Source: Deferribacterales bacterium
GTDB taxonomy: Bacteria > Chrysiogenota > Deferribacteres > Deferribacterales > Geovibrionaceae
Length of the DNA: 64,000 bases
Assembly: GCA_050253335.1 (NCBI GenBank)
Contig: JBFWJG010000002.1
Span: 1-64,000, forward strand
Direction of reading: 5' to 3'
The position numbers were made by a program, and so were the translations under genes. Below, piece after piece: positions 1 to 8,938 of the stretch (its first letter is position 1; every line of letters starts with the position of its first letter). Below the pieces are notes generated by a model. The model made no database searches, was not told the DNA's origin, and saw nothing but the letters and a program-made list of their open reading frames with translations.

Positions 1-1573
1 CTCTTCCGATCTTTTTCTTAACATCGTTCATGTTGTCATAAGTCCACCATGAGGTGGCTATCTGGTCATGCGATGAGTGGCAGGATTCGCAGTTCCTTGC
101 CTTGCCTATGGAGTGGCTCATTTTGTCCATCTGAATCCATGCAAGCATCTTGCCGTTCTTTTTCAGCTTGGACGTGCCGTTCATGATGTACATATCGTTC
201 ACTTCGTCCGGCTTTCTTTCGACTGTGAAGTCCTTCTCGCCGAGTCTGGCATTCCCTTTTACAGTCATGGGCTCTATCTCACGGAGGATAAGCTTGTTCA
301 CCTTTTTCACATCCTCTTTGATGTTCAGTACGGCCATGGGATAGGGCTTCATGGGTATCCACACGCCTCTTTCGGGATGCTTCACAAGCGTGGGCATGCT
401 TCTTGTGCCGTAATATTCTTTATGCTTGGTCAGCGCCTTCACCTGCCCTTCCTGCTTGCCGGGGCCCCAGAAGGTGAACTGATATGCGCCTACAGACTGA
501 ATGTGGCAGGATGTGCAGTCCACATTGCCGTGATCCTCGCTTTCAAGAGCGGCCTGATAAATATCCTCATGGCAGCTTTTGCAGGATTCGCGGGCGGACT
601 GGGAACTCAGGTGGCCGTAGTTGTGGTTTTCCATTTTGTGGCAGTCGTTGCAGGTTACGCCGTTTGCCATGTGCACATCATCCGGAAGCTCGTTCACGGG
701 GAAAGCGAACGCGCCCCTCATGTAGCCTGCGCCTCTTCTCCTGTCCATGGGTCCGGCGTGACAGATTGTGCCTTTGCCGTTGCCGTAGCATGAAAGGGGT
801 TCGGGATCTTTTTTAAAGGTGTGGCGGGCGTTTGATGCCTTGTAGCCCTGATAGTGGCAGTCGTTGCAGCTTGCGTGGCACTGGTTGCAGTTTCTTGCGG
901 ATGCATCGCTGTGCGCCTTCGGGTATTCCACGGCAAGCTCGCCGCTGATAGCCTCATGGTTGTCGCCGAACCATGCTCCGCAGTTCTGGGGGCCGGGTTT
1001 CAGATCGCTGAAGTTTTTGTATCCTCTCTGGAACTTGTTCTGCCCCATGCCGGAAACATTATACTGCTTAACCTCGTTCTCGTGGCATTTTCCGCAGGTC
1101 TGTTCAGCAACGGAAGGGTCATATGCCATGGTTTCGGGGTCGTGGTCATGGTAGAAAAGCTGTGCGAGAACGGCTATTCCCTTCTCCTTTGCTTTTTCGG
1201 GATCGGGCTTTCTCATAAGGTATGCGAAGGGAACTTTTCCCTGAGGCTGAATGGGATCGTAATTTGTGATGTCTCTGCCCACTGCCTGATACTTGTGGTT
1301 TTTGCCCACAGCAGCGTAAAAGGGGCGGGGCATTCCCTTGTGCGCCTCTTCCGCAGTCATTCCGGCGGGATTGCCGAGGTGGCAGTCCTCACAGGCGACT
1401 TCGCCCATGTTAACTTCCTTTTCAACCTCCGCAGGGTCGAGATAAAGCTGGGGATAGCCGAGTTTTTCCATCTCCGCCTTGCTTCCGTGGCAGGCGATGC
1501 AGGATGATTCCGCAGCCTGCGCGGCGCCGAAGCTGAAAAGCATCATAAGACAGACTATTATAAGTTTCTTCAT
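1..1573 (-). CDS. Periplasmic multiheme c-type cytochrome, at least 9 hemes (3' end beyond window edge)
   Basis: Absent from the ORF track because there is no stop in the window. Hand translation from ATG at 1573 (SD GGAGGT at 1581-1586) gives signal peptide MKKLIIVCLMMLFSFGAAQA, then CIACH, CEDCH, CGKCH, CNQCH, CNDCH, CNDCH, CKSCH, CTSCH, CESCH. The frame is open to position 1. Confidence 0.95.
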   Translation of the reverse strand, partial: MKKLIIVCLMMLFSFGAAQAAESSCIACHGSKAEMEKLGYPQLYLDPAEVEKEVNMGEVACEDCHLGNPAGMTAEEAHKGMPRPFYAAVGKNHKYQAVGRDITNYDPIQPQGKVPFAYLMRKPDPEKAKEKGIAVLAQLFYHDHDPETMAYDPSVAEQTCGKCHENEVKQYNVSGMGQNKFQRGYKNFSDLKPGPQNCGAWFGDNHEAISGELAVEYPKAHSDASARNCNQCHASCNDCHYQGYKASNARHTFKKDPEPLSCYGNGKGTICHAGPMDRRRGAGYMRGAFAFPVNELPDDVHMANGVTCNDCHKMENHNYGHLSSQSARESCKSCHEDIYQAALESEDHGNVDCTSCHIQSVGAYQFTFWGPGKQEGQVKALTKHKEYYGTRSMPTLVKHPERGVWIPMKPYPMAVLNIKEDVKKVNKLILREIEPMTVKGNARLGEKDFTVERKPDEVNDMYIMNGTSKLKKNGKMLAWIQMDKMSHSIGKARNCESCHSSHDQIATSWWTYDNMNDVKKKIGR

Positions 1574-1606
1574 AAAATAAACCTCCGTGTATGCTGTCAT
1601 CTATTG

Positions 1607-1622
1607 AGCAACACCCATGCCA
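1607..1622 (-). promoter_or_regulatory. Sigma-54 (-24/-12) promoter of the cytochrome gene
   Basis: Minus strand reads TGGCATGGGTGTTGCT, matching TGGCAC-N5-TTGC(A/T), 33 bp upstream of the ATG. Confidence 0.9.
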
Positions 1623-1708
1623 CGGAGGCAGAAAACATTATGGAAGGAATTTATCTGATTTAATATGTATTTACGGTTTTAGCAAAGGCTAGTTTTCCGC
1701 TAGGAATC

Positions 1709-1744
1709 TTGCATTATGCAAATGCCGTTTCTTGCAATTTGCAA
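1709..1744. promoter_or_regulatory. Tandem palindromic enhancer sites (UAS) for a sigma-54 activator
   Basis: TTGCATTATGCAA (1709-1721) and TTGCAATTTGCAA (1732-1744), both TTGCA-N3-TGCAA, 23 bp apart and about 90-120 bp upstream of the -24 box. Confidence 0.75.
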
Positions 1745-1750
1745 AAAACC

Positions 1751-3034
1751 TCACCCTATGCCGTATTCCTTGAGCCTGCGGTATATGGTGGAGGCGTCTA
1801 TGCCGAGAATTTCGGCGGCTTTTGTCTTGCTTCCTCCGGCTTCGCTAAGTGCGGCCAGTATATGCTCCCGAACGACATCGTCCAGCTTTCGGGAAGTGCC
1901 CCTTCCCGCCGGATCAGGCATATGGAGTGACGCAGGGGATATTATATGCCCTGTTTCCAGTATCACAGCCCGTTCTATGATGTTCGAGAGTTCGCGGACA
2001 TTGCCCGGATATGAATAATTTTCCAGAAACCTCACGGAATCTGCCGAGAAGCCCTCTATCTTCGGGTTTATGTGGCGGAACCTTCCGAGGAAATACTCCG
2101 CCAGCGGCATTATATCCTCTTTTCTTTCCCTTAACGGCGGAACCCTAATCTCCACCACGTTCAGCCTGTAATACAGATCCTTGCGGAAAGTGCCGTTTTC
2201 GGCCTCCTCTGCGGGATTGCGGTTGGTGGCGGCGATGAAGCGGACATTTGCCGTTTTCTGCTCCACTGAGCCTAAGGGGTAGTAGGTTTTTGTTTCTATG
2301 AAACGCAGAAGCTTTGACTGCGAAGGGAGGGGGAGCTCGCCTATCTCATCCAGAAAGAGTGTTCCCCGCTCCGCAGCAGACACAAGCCCGCGCTTATTGG
2401 AATCTGCTCCGGTGAATGCCCCCTTGCGGTAGCCGAAGAGCTCGCTCTCGAAAAGCTGTTCCTGCATATTGCCGCAGTTGACGGCCACGAAGGGCGCAGT
2501 TCTGCGGGCTGATACGCCGTGTATGAAGCGGGCGATGATCTCTTTTCCGCTGCCTGTTTCCCCTGTGATGAGCACGCCGCTGTCCGCCTTGGCGGCACGG
2601 GCGGCAAGCTGCATTATCTCTTCAAACTTGCGTGATTTATAGACGGGTGCGAAGCTTCCGGCGCTCTGTCTTCCAAAGTCTATGAGGGTTCGGATCTGCT
2701 CCAGCTTTTTTATGAGAATGTCCGGATCAACAGGCTTGAGTATATAGTCGTATGCTCCGCTTTTTATGGCGTTGACCGATTCGGTGACGGTTCCGTAGCC
2801 AGTCATCAGTATCAGGCGCACTTCGGGCATCTCCTCACGCAGGGCATCCAGAAGCCCGAAGCCGGTCATCCCCGGCATACGCACGTCAGAGACCACAGCG
2901 TCCGCACCGGAGCTTTTAATATGCGCCAGCGCCGCTTCCGGCTCATAAAACGCGGTAACGTTAAACTCGTTCTCCAGGCTCTTTTTCAGAAGCCCGCAGA
3001 GTGTTCTGTCATCCTCAACTATCACTACTTTCAT
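1751..3034 (-). CDS. Sigma-54-dependent response regulator (NtrC/AtoC/ZraR family; REC-AAA+-Fis HTH)
   Basis: REC (VEDD, SDVRMPG), Walker A GETGSGKE, GAFTGA loop, FLDEIGEL, YPGNVREL and C-terminal HTH. Confidence 0.95.
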   Translation of the reverse strand: MKVVIVEDDRTLCGLLKKSLENEFNVTAFYEPEAALAHIKSSGADAVVSDVRMPGMTGFGLLDALREEMPEVRLILMTGYGTVTESVNAIKSGAYDYILKPVDPDILIKKLEQIRTLIDFGRQSAGSFAPVYKSRKFEEIMQLAARAAKADSGVLITGETGSGKEIIARFIHGVSARRTAPFVAVNCGNMQEQLFESELFGYRKGAFTGADSNKRGLVSAAERGTLFLDEIGELPLPSQSKLLRFIETKTYYPLGSVEQKTANVRFIAATNRNPAEEAENGTFRKDLYYRLNVVEIRVPPLRERKEDIMPLAEYFLGRFRHINPKIEGFSADSVRFLENYSYPGNVRELSNIIERAVILETGHIISPASLHMPDPAGRGTSRKLDDVVREHILAALSEAGGSKTKAAEILGIDASTIYRRLKEYGIG

Positions 3035-4844
3035 TAAATTCGCACCTTACCGCAGTCCCTTTCCCTTTTTCGCTTCTCACGCTGATTTTGCCGCCGTGCT
3101 CGGTGATTATCCTGTGAGTAATGGAGAGCCCCAGACCTGTTCCCTTGTCCGGCGATTTTGTCGTGAAGAATGGATCGAATATCTTCTCCAGCTTTTCAGG
3201 CTCAATGCCGCCGCCGTTGTCCTCTGTATCAAGAATAACCTTTCCGTTCTCCCTGAAAAGGCGGAACACCACCCTTCCGGACGGGAAAACAGCGTCCACC
3301 GCGTTCACTGCGATATTGAGAAAAGCCTGATTTATCAGTGTCCGGCAGCCATCAATATATGCATCCTCAAGCTCGGTTTCTATAACCACTCCGCCGCCCG
3401 CCCGCATGAACCGCACAGTTTCGCCGACAATTTCCTTCAGGTTCAGCCGCTCCTTTGCGCAGCTGTCATAACCGTCCGCCGCAAGACGCTTCATGGAGGC
3501 GATGATTCCGACACACCTTTCCGCCTGAGCTTTAACCGCCCGAACCTCGTCAGTGGAGCCGCATTCCTTTTCTATGATCCCCGCCGCAAGGAGGATGGAG
3601 TTCAGCGGCGTTGAAAGCTCGTGGGAAACTCCTGCGCTGAGTATGCTAAGTGATGAAAGCCTGTCTGCAAGCTCCATCCTTTTCTGCGCCGTTTCCCTCT
3701 CTTTTATATGATTCCGCAGAGATACCGCCATTTCCTGAACCTTGGCGGCTATGTCCCCCAGTTCGTCCGTGTAGTGCTCTTTTATCTCGTAATCCAGATT
3801 TCCCCTGCCGTAGTTTTCCAGAGCCTTTTTCAGCCCGCCCAGCGGTTTAAGGAACTTTTCCGCGAATATGAAGGCGGTGAGAACTGCCATAAAAACAGAC
3901 AGTGAGAGGACGAGTATGAACCCCGTTTTAAGAGCGCGGAGATTGCGGAAGGCGTACTTTGAGTCGATCACAGTGCAGACTTTCCATGAAATATCCGTCC
4001 CTTCGTAGGGGTAAACCGTTGTGTATCCGAGGAAATCGCCGTTTTTCAGGCGGATTATGCCGTCCAGCCCTTTGATTACTTCATCAAAGACATCCGCTCC
4101 GTAAACCGTCTGGAAGCGGTGGTCATGCTGCATCTGGTTTGCGAATTCGTAGCTCTTGTTTTTATGAAAAAGGAAAATTCCGTGGCGGTCGGGGTTGATC
4201 TTGTTTTTCTCCACTATGAACGAATGACCTTCATTGCGGTTCAGCCTGTTCACCACCTCGCCGAGGCGTTCGCCCCAGTAGTTCACCACCAGATAGCCCG
4301 CATGTTCGGCTCCCGCAAAGTATGGAACAACAGTGCGGATCATGGACGGGCAGAAGCTCACCGCATCGGGAAGAAAGCCCCGTTCAAACTTGCTGAACAG
4401 AATCTCCGGCCTGTCAAGCTCAGCCGCATCCTGTATGAAATCCTTGGAGGAAATATCTATGGGTTCGTAGTCCGCTTCGCCGGAAAGGTTTTCGCACTCA
4501 CGCATGAAAACCTGAATCTTCCCATCCTTATCCACAAGGCGTATCGCCTGAACCTCACGGATATTATTGCAGTAGTCCATGAAAAGGGTTTCGGCGCGTT
4601 CCTTCCCCTCGCCGTGGAAAATGAAGCGGCTGTTGACGGGATTGGCGTAAAGTCCGTAGGTTACGGAGCGGATATGCCCCAGAAAGTCGGAAACGGTGCG
4701 TTTGTCCGCACGGAGAAGCTCGGCTGTGCGCTTCTGTATTTCAAAAAGCACAGCCTTCTGCGACTGCGAATAATAAACACCTGTGGAAAAAACAAGAACC
4801 ACTGTGACAAGAATGCTGATCCATACCGCAAGTTTTTTGCTCAT
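3015..4844 (-). CDS. Membrane sensor histidine kinase (periplasmic Cache-like domain, HAMP, HisKA, HATPase)
   Basis: Two TM segments, SHELSTPL H-box, NAVDA N-box, [14 protein letters not shown] and GTGLGL. Overlaps the regulator gene. Confidence 0.95.
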   Translation of the reverse strand: MSKKLAVWISILVTVVLVFSTGVYYSQSQKAVLFEIQKRTAELLRADKRTVSDFLGHIRSVTYGLYANPVNSRFIFHGEGKERAETLFMDYCNNIREVQAIRLVDKDGKIQVFMRECENLSGEADYEPIDISSKDFIQDAAELDRPEILFSKFERGFLPDAVSFCPSMIRTVVPYFAGAEHAGYLVVNYWGERLGEVVNRLNRNEGHSFIVEKNKINPDRHGIFLFHKNKSYEFANQMQHDHRFQTVYGADVFDEVIKGLDGIIRLKNGDFLGYTTVYPYEGTDISWKVCTVIDSKYAFRNLRALKTGFILVLSLSVFMAVLTAFIFAEKFLKPLGGLKKALENYGRGNLDYEIKEHYTDELGDIAAKVQEMAVSLRNHIKERETAQKRMELADRLSSLSILSAGVSHELSTPLNSILLAAGIIEKECGSTDEVRAVKAQAERCVGIIASMKRLAADGYDSCAKERLNLKEIVGETVRFMRAGGGVVIETELEDAYIDGCRTLINQAFLNIAVNAVDAVFPSGRVVFRLFRENGKVILDTEDNGGGIEPEKLEKIFDPFFTTKSPDKGTGLGLSITHRIITEHGGKISVRSEKGKGTAVRCEFNESSDS

Positions 4845-4880
4845 GGATGAATGATAATCCCATATGATGAATTAAGTCAA
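4845..4880 (-). promoter_or_regulatory. Sigma-70 promoter of the kinase gene, apparently leaderless
   Basis: Minus strand TTGACT-N18-TATCAT-N6-ATG, with no SD. Confidence 0.55.
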
Positions 4881-4886
4881 ACCGAT

Positions 4887-5110
4887 AAAAAAGACTGCGG
4901 AAGGGGGGCGGAGCTTTTGCTTCTGAGAGAGGAACTCATGCTTCTGCTCCGCCGCCCTGAACCCGCCTGCGGATGCTGCGGCAGAAGAACCCCCCGGTTC
5001 CCGCCGATTAAAGTATATTTTAAATTATCACCGGAAGAAGCCAGCACAGGAAAAGAGCCGGAGGCTGTCCCGGAGGTCCCCAGGACATGCCCCGCCGAGG
5101 CTCTTTTTTA
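4887..5110. ncRNA. Candidate structured small RNA (strand uncertain; minus favoured)
   Basis: GC-rich non-coding stretch with stems GGCGGAGC/GCTCCGCC (4907-4953) and AAAAGAGCC/GGCTCTTTT (5051-5107, inner TGTCC/GGACA), a U-tract at each end, and a minus-strand promoter at 5191-5219. Confidence 0.4.
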
Positions 5111-5156
5111 ACCGCCTGTTGTCCCTGCTGTCGGCCAGTGACGTTTTATCAGCCCA

Positions 5157-5219
5157 AACGTTATCTTTTGAATTACATAACGCATATCGTTATATAACCT
5201 GACAGATAACGATGGTCAA
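5157..5219 (-). promoter_or_regulatory. Two tandem ModE-like operators overlapping a sigma-70-like promoter
   Basis: AACGTTATCTT-N6-TACATAACGCA (5157-5184) and ATCGTTATATA-N6-CAGATAACGAT (5186-5213) resemble the ModE consensus ATCGnTATATA-N6-TATATAnCGAT. The minus strand reads TTGACC-N17-TATATA. Confidence 0.65.
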
Positions 5220-5261
5220 GAAAAAATTAACGGAGTCGGGGGGAATTTTTTAACCAATGTT

Positions 5262-5825
5262 TCAGGAGAGGAGATGATCGAGAAGAATTTTAACGCCTAT
5301 GAGTATCAGGATTATGCCGCCGAGTGCCTCGACCTTCTTCCCTAAGCGCGCCCCTATGCGGCATCCGTACACAGTGCCCACCACAGAAAATGCGGCAGTG
5401 ACAACCCCGATGAGGAGCGCGGGCTGAAAAATGCTCACATTCACGGCGGCGAGGCTCACGCCAACGGCGAGCGCATCTATACTGGTCGCAACGGAGAGAA
5501 GAACAAGGCTCATCCCTTTTGTGGGATCGCCCCGGACCTCGTCCCCGTCATCGGCGCTGAAAGCTTCTTTCACTGCCTTGAGACCAATGGCTGCGAGCAG
5601 ACCGAAGGCTATCCAGTGATCCCATGAGCTGATGTATCCGCTTACGCTTCTTCCGGCGAACCACCCGATAACGGGCATAAGCGCCTGAAACAGGCCGAAG
5701 TGAAACCCGAGGCGGAATATCTGCCGGAAAGAAACATGACACAAAAGAACACTGCATGCTATAGACACGGCAAAAGCATCCATGGAAAGCCCCACGGCAA
5801 TCCAGAAAACCTCGAAAAAATTCAT
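5262..5825 (-). CDS. mntP: Manganese efflux pump MntP
   Basis: LSMDAFAVS, FGLFQALMP, WDHWIAF and ATSIDALAVG signatures. Confidence 0.93.
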   Translation of the reverse strand: MNFFEVFWIAVGLSMDAFAVSIACSVLLCHVSFRQIFRLGFHFGLFQALMPVIGWFAGRSVSGYISSWDHWIAFGLLAAIGLKAVKEAFSADDGDEVRGDPTKGMSLVLLSVATSIDALAVGVSLAAVNVSIFQPALLIGVVTAAFSVVGTVYGCRIGARLGKKVEALGGIILILIGVKILLDHLLS

Positions 5826-5959
5826 GCGGACCTCACGGGATTTTGCGGGTTAAGAATAGGCGATCAGGCGGAATCTTTCAACCCCTTAAAACCGCGCCGC
5901 GCGGCACAGGGCAGAAATAATCCGCCTGACATATATGATAAATGCGTCTTAAAAACTTA

Positions 5960-6403
5960 TTATCTGCGGCACTTAGGGCATACGCCGAAGAGAATGTGGC
6001 TCCTGTTTTTCAGGGCATAGCCGTATTTTTTCGCTATTTCATCCTGAGCTTCACGTATTTTTTCATCCAGAAACTCAACCATGGCGCCGCATTTTTTGCA
6101 GATAATGTGATCGTGGGGTTCTTTCCCGATTACGCTTTCATAACGGACAGAACCGTCATTAAAGTTGAGTTCGCGGGCTATTTCCGCATCAACAAAGAGC
6201 CTCAGTGCGCGGTAGACAGTGGCGTGGCCTATGCTTGAGTCATGCTTTTTGAGGGCTTCGTAAAGCTCCTCCGCAGTTGTGTGCTTGCCGAGTTCGATGA
6301 AAATGCCCAGAATGGTTTCCCTCTGGCTGGTGGCGCGGAGCTTTTTTTCGGACAAATAGTCGGACAGCCTTTTCAGGGCTATGTTTTTTGCTTCTTTTTT
6401 CAT
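5960..6403 (-). CDS. Fur-family metal-responsive transcriptional regulator
   Basis: TSQRETIL, HTTAEELY, ATVYRAL, HDHIICKKCG and C-terminal CPKC. Confidence 0.93.
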   Translation of the reverse strand: MKKEAKNIALKRLSDYLSEKKLRATSQRETILGIFIELGKHTTAEELYEALKKHDSSIGHATVYRALRLFVDAEIARELNFNDGSVRYESVIGKEPHDHIICKKCGAMVEFLDEKIREAQDEIAKKYGYALKNRSHILFGVCPKCRR

Positions 6404-6559
6404 AATAACAACCGTCTTCTTGTGTATTAAGACCGTGTATCAACAGTCTCTTTAAAAAACTTATTAGTTTTAGTAGAAATAATCAATATTTTTTTCATGT
6501 CTGCATCTTTCCCGAAATATTTTTTACTGACAGGTTTTTCTGCGCTTATCATGTTCACA

Positions 6560-6587
6560 TTGACAAACTATGTTAATGGATTACAAT
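6560..6587 (+). promoter_or_regulatory. Sigma-70 promoter of feoA
   Basis: TTGACA-N16-TACAAT upstream of the ORF at 6631. Confidence 0.5.
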
Positions 6588-6630
6588 ATAATACTATACA
6601 ACTGGGTTTAACCACTTTCGGGAGTGTTAT

Positions 6631-6915
6631 ATGTGCGGCAGTTTTATTGATGAAAAAGACACTGTGTGTCTTGCGGAAGCCAAAAAAGGCGAGAAATGCG
6701 AGATCGCAGGTTTCTGCAAATGCTGCGACAGGCAGTCCGTGCGCAGGCTGATAGATTACGGCTTCATAAAGGGGCGTACCCTTGAAGTGCTGGAAGACGC
6801 AGGAGACGGCAATATAACAATAGATCTGGAAGGAAACAGGCTCTGCCTTTGCGGAAGCCTCTCAAGCAAAATAACAATCACTCCGTGCAGACACAGACAC
6901 GGCAGACACAAATAA
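6631..6915 (+). CDS. feoA: FeoA-family protein, unusually Cys-rich
   Basis: CLAEAKKGEKCEI...RRLIDYGFIKGRTLEVL...ITIDLEGNRLCL matches the FeoA SH3-like pattern. SD GGGAG. Confidence 0.8.
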   Translation: MCGSFIDEKDTVCLAEAKKGEKCEIAGFCKCCDRQSVRRLIDYGFIKGRTLEVLEDAGDGNITIDLEGNRLCLCGSLSSKITITPCRHRHGRHK

Positions 6916-6925
6916 GAAGGGAAAA

Positions 6926-7099
6926 ATGGCAGATATAATAATCACGGCGGCGGCTGTGACGGCGGCGGTCTTCTACCTTTACAGATATTACTCAAAACCG
7001 GCGGACGGGTGCGGAGGCTCCTGCGGCGGGTGCAGTGCCGCCAAAAACGGATGCAGCGCCGCCGAAACGGCAGAACGAATCAGCTCCGGCGGCAGATAA
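6926..7099 (+). CDS. FeoB-associated Cys-rich small membrane protein (57 aa, not in ORF track)
   Basis: MADIIITAAAVTAAVFYLYRYYSKPADGCGGSCGGCSAAKNGC...: one TM helix followed by CGGSCGGC. SD AAGGG, 10 bp after the feoA stop. Confidence 0.85.
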   Translation: MADIIITAAAVTAAVFYLYRYYSKPADGCGGSCGGCSAAKNGCSAAETAERISSGGR

Positions 7100-7101
7100 G
7101 G

Positions 7102-7326
7102 CTATCTCAGATCCATCGTAAAAAAAGAATCGTCCATCCCCTCTATTACAAGTGCGTCCACAGGGCGGAGGCTGATCTTCTGCCCGCAGGCAACCATAAC
7201 GTCACCCTGTCTGGTTCCGGTTATCCACAGTTTCCCTTTTTCACAGGAAAGGCTTGCGCTTTTTGCACCGTTAACTGACATCATTTTGTTTTTCCCCAGA
7301 GTCATCTTAAAACTTTTCACGCTCAT
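7102..7326 (-). CDS. DUF2917-like small protein
   Basis: LSCEKGKLWITGTRQGDVMV resembles the family's C..G..W.T...D pattern. Divergent from a MocR regulator. Confidence 0.7.
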   Translation of the reverse strand: MSVKSFKMTLGKNKMMSVNGAKSASLSCEKGKLWITGTRQGDVMVACGQKISLRPVDALVIEGMDDSFFTMDLR

Positions 7327-7380
7327 CTCCGTGCCCTCCCTGATGTATTTTTATCTTTACCGTGAAGAATAAATATAATA

Positions 7381-7432
7381 AAACTGTACATAATAACAGT
7401 TACAGTTTTTTTGAAATGTATACATAACAGTT
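7381..7432. promoter_or_regulatory. Probable MocR operator (direct and inverted AACTGT/ACAGTT repeats)
   Basis: AACTGT followed by three ACAGTT copies between the divergent genes. Confidence 0.55.
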
Positions 7433-7449
7433 TTCCTGCGAGGCGTCTT

Positions 7450-8877
7450 ATGGAGAAGCAGAGTGTTTTTAAATATGAAGAAGTTCAGGGACTGATAAGG
7501 AAAATCATCTCCGAAAACGGCCTGAAAGCAGGCGATAAGGTTCCCTCAATCAGGAAAATGAGCACGGATACCTCCCTGAGCGTCTCCACAATCATGAAGG
7601 CTTATGTTGAGCTTGAGCATCAGGGAATCCTCGAATCACGCCCCCAGTCAGGATTTTACGTCTCCGCCGACAACTCGATCCCCAGCCTTGAAATCTCCGC
7701 CGAAAAGAAAATAACCGTAGCCCGTGTTGACAAGTTCAGCATGATATACAATGTCTGCAATGCCATGGCGGATAAAAGCCTCATTCAGTTCGGCGGCGCG
7801 TCCCCCTGCATATCCATGCTTCCGTCCGCGGAACTTGCCAAAACCCTGAAGCACATCCTCAACCACAATCCTGACTTCAATTCCTTTGAAATTTTCAGGG
7901 GAAACGCCCAGCTCCGAAGCTGCATCTCAATGCAGATGCTTTCCGCAGGGCTGGAAATTTCGCCGAATGAAATAATTATCACCACGGGAACAACAGAAAG
8001 TCTCAGCCACATTCTCCGTGTGCTTTTCAAGCCCGGGGACTGCATCGTCACCGAATCGCCACTTCATTTCGGACATCTGCACACACTGGAATCCATGGGT
8101 CTGTATGTCATCGAAATCCCCTCCCGCCCCGAGCAGGGCATGGATCCTGACAGGCTCAGGGACGCTCTGGACAAGTACAACGCCAAGGCACTGCTTATCC
8201 AGCCGAATTTCAGCAATCCCATGGGCGGAATACTTTCCGATGAGGATAAAAAGCGCATTGTGGATATCTGTGCCGAGAAGAATGTTCCCATAATAGAAGA
8301 CGATGTTTACGGAGAACTCTGCCATGAAGGGCACAGACCCCGCTGCCTGTCATCCTTCGACAAAACAGGAAACGTGATCTATGTTTCCTCCTTCACCAAA
8401 ACAATCTCCCCGTCTTTCAGGGTGGGGTGGATCTGCCCCGGCAGATATTACAAGGAAGTGATGGACAAGAAGATCTCAACTGTTCTGGACACTTCCCGCC
8501 TGCTTCAGCTCGCCCTTGCGGATTATCTGCTCTCCGGCAAATTCAGCAGGTATCTCAACAGGGTCAGAAGGATGTACCGCAGTCAGGTTGCCGCATACCG
8601 TTCATATATAGGCGAATTCTTTCCGGAGGGGACGAGGGTCTCCAACCCGAAAGGGGGCTATATCCTCTGGATGGAGCTGCCGGAAAGCGTTGATTCCTTC
8701 CGGCTTTATGAAGAGGCGATGAAAGAGGGGATAGGCATAGTCCCGGGCTTTTTGTTCACTGCTCAGGACAGATACAGAAACTTCATCCGCCTGAACTGCG
8801 GCAGTCCGCTGGATAAGAAACACACACAGGCGCTGAAAAAGCTGGGAGCCATGGCTGTCAGGCTGGCAGGCGCATAA
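7450..8877 (+). CDS. MocR/GntR-family PLP-dependent transcriptional regulator
   Basis: wHTH (GDKVPSIR...STIMKAYVELE) plus aminotransferase-like domain (NPMG, IEDDVYGEL, SSFTKTISPSFRVGW). Start set to ATG 7450. Confidence 0.93.
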   Translation: MEKQSVFKYEEVQGLIRKIISENGLKAGDKVPSIRKMSTDTSLSVSTIMKAYVELEHQGILESRPQSGFYVSADNSIPSLEISAEKKITVARVDKFSMIYNVCNAMADKSLIQFGGASPCISMLPSAELAKTLKHILNHNPDFNSFEIFRGNAQLRSCISMQMLSAGLEISPNEIIITTGTTESLSHILRVLFKPGDCIVTESPLHFGHLHTLESMGLYVIEIPSRPEQGMDPDRLRDALDKYNAKALLIQPNFSNPMGGILSDEDKKRIVDICAEKNVPIIEDDVYGELCHEGHRPRCLSSFDKTGNVIYVSSFTKTISPSFRVGWICPGRYYKEVMDKKISTVLDTSRLLQLALADYLLSGKFSRYLNRVRRMYRSQVAAYRSYIGEFFPEGTRVSNPKGGYILWMELPESVDSFRLYEEAMKEGIGIVPGFLFTAQDRYRNFIRLNCGSPLDKKHTQALKKLGAMAVRLAGA

Positions 8878-8938
8878 AAGCCTGAATCTGGCTCCTGTGA
8901 GCGAAACCGCTTCATTACAGTAAGGCGTTATCAGGACA

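Noticed and set aside
77..1507. Plus-strand ORFs 77-793 and 854-1507
   Set aside because: Antisense shadows of the minus-strand multiheme cytochrome, with no motifs of their own.
4851..5111. 86-aa plus-strand ORF
   Set aside because: No SD and no recognisable motif; it overlaps the kinase promoter and the stem-loops.
4887..5156. Moco riboswitch, tmRNA, 6S, SRP or tRNA
   Set aside because: I could not find the conserved motifs of these families by eye; an Rfam search is needed.
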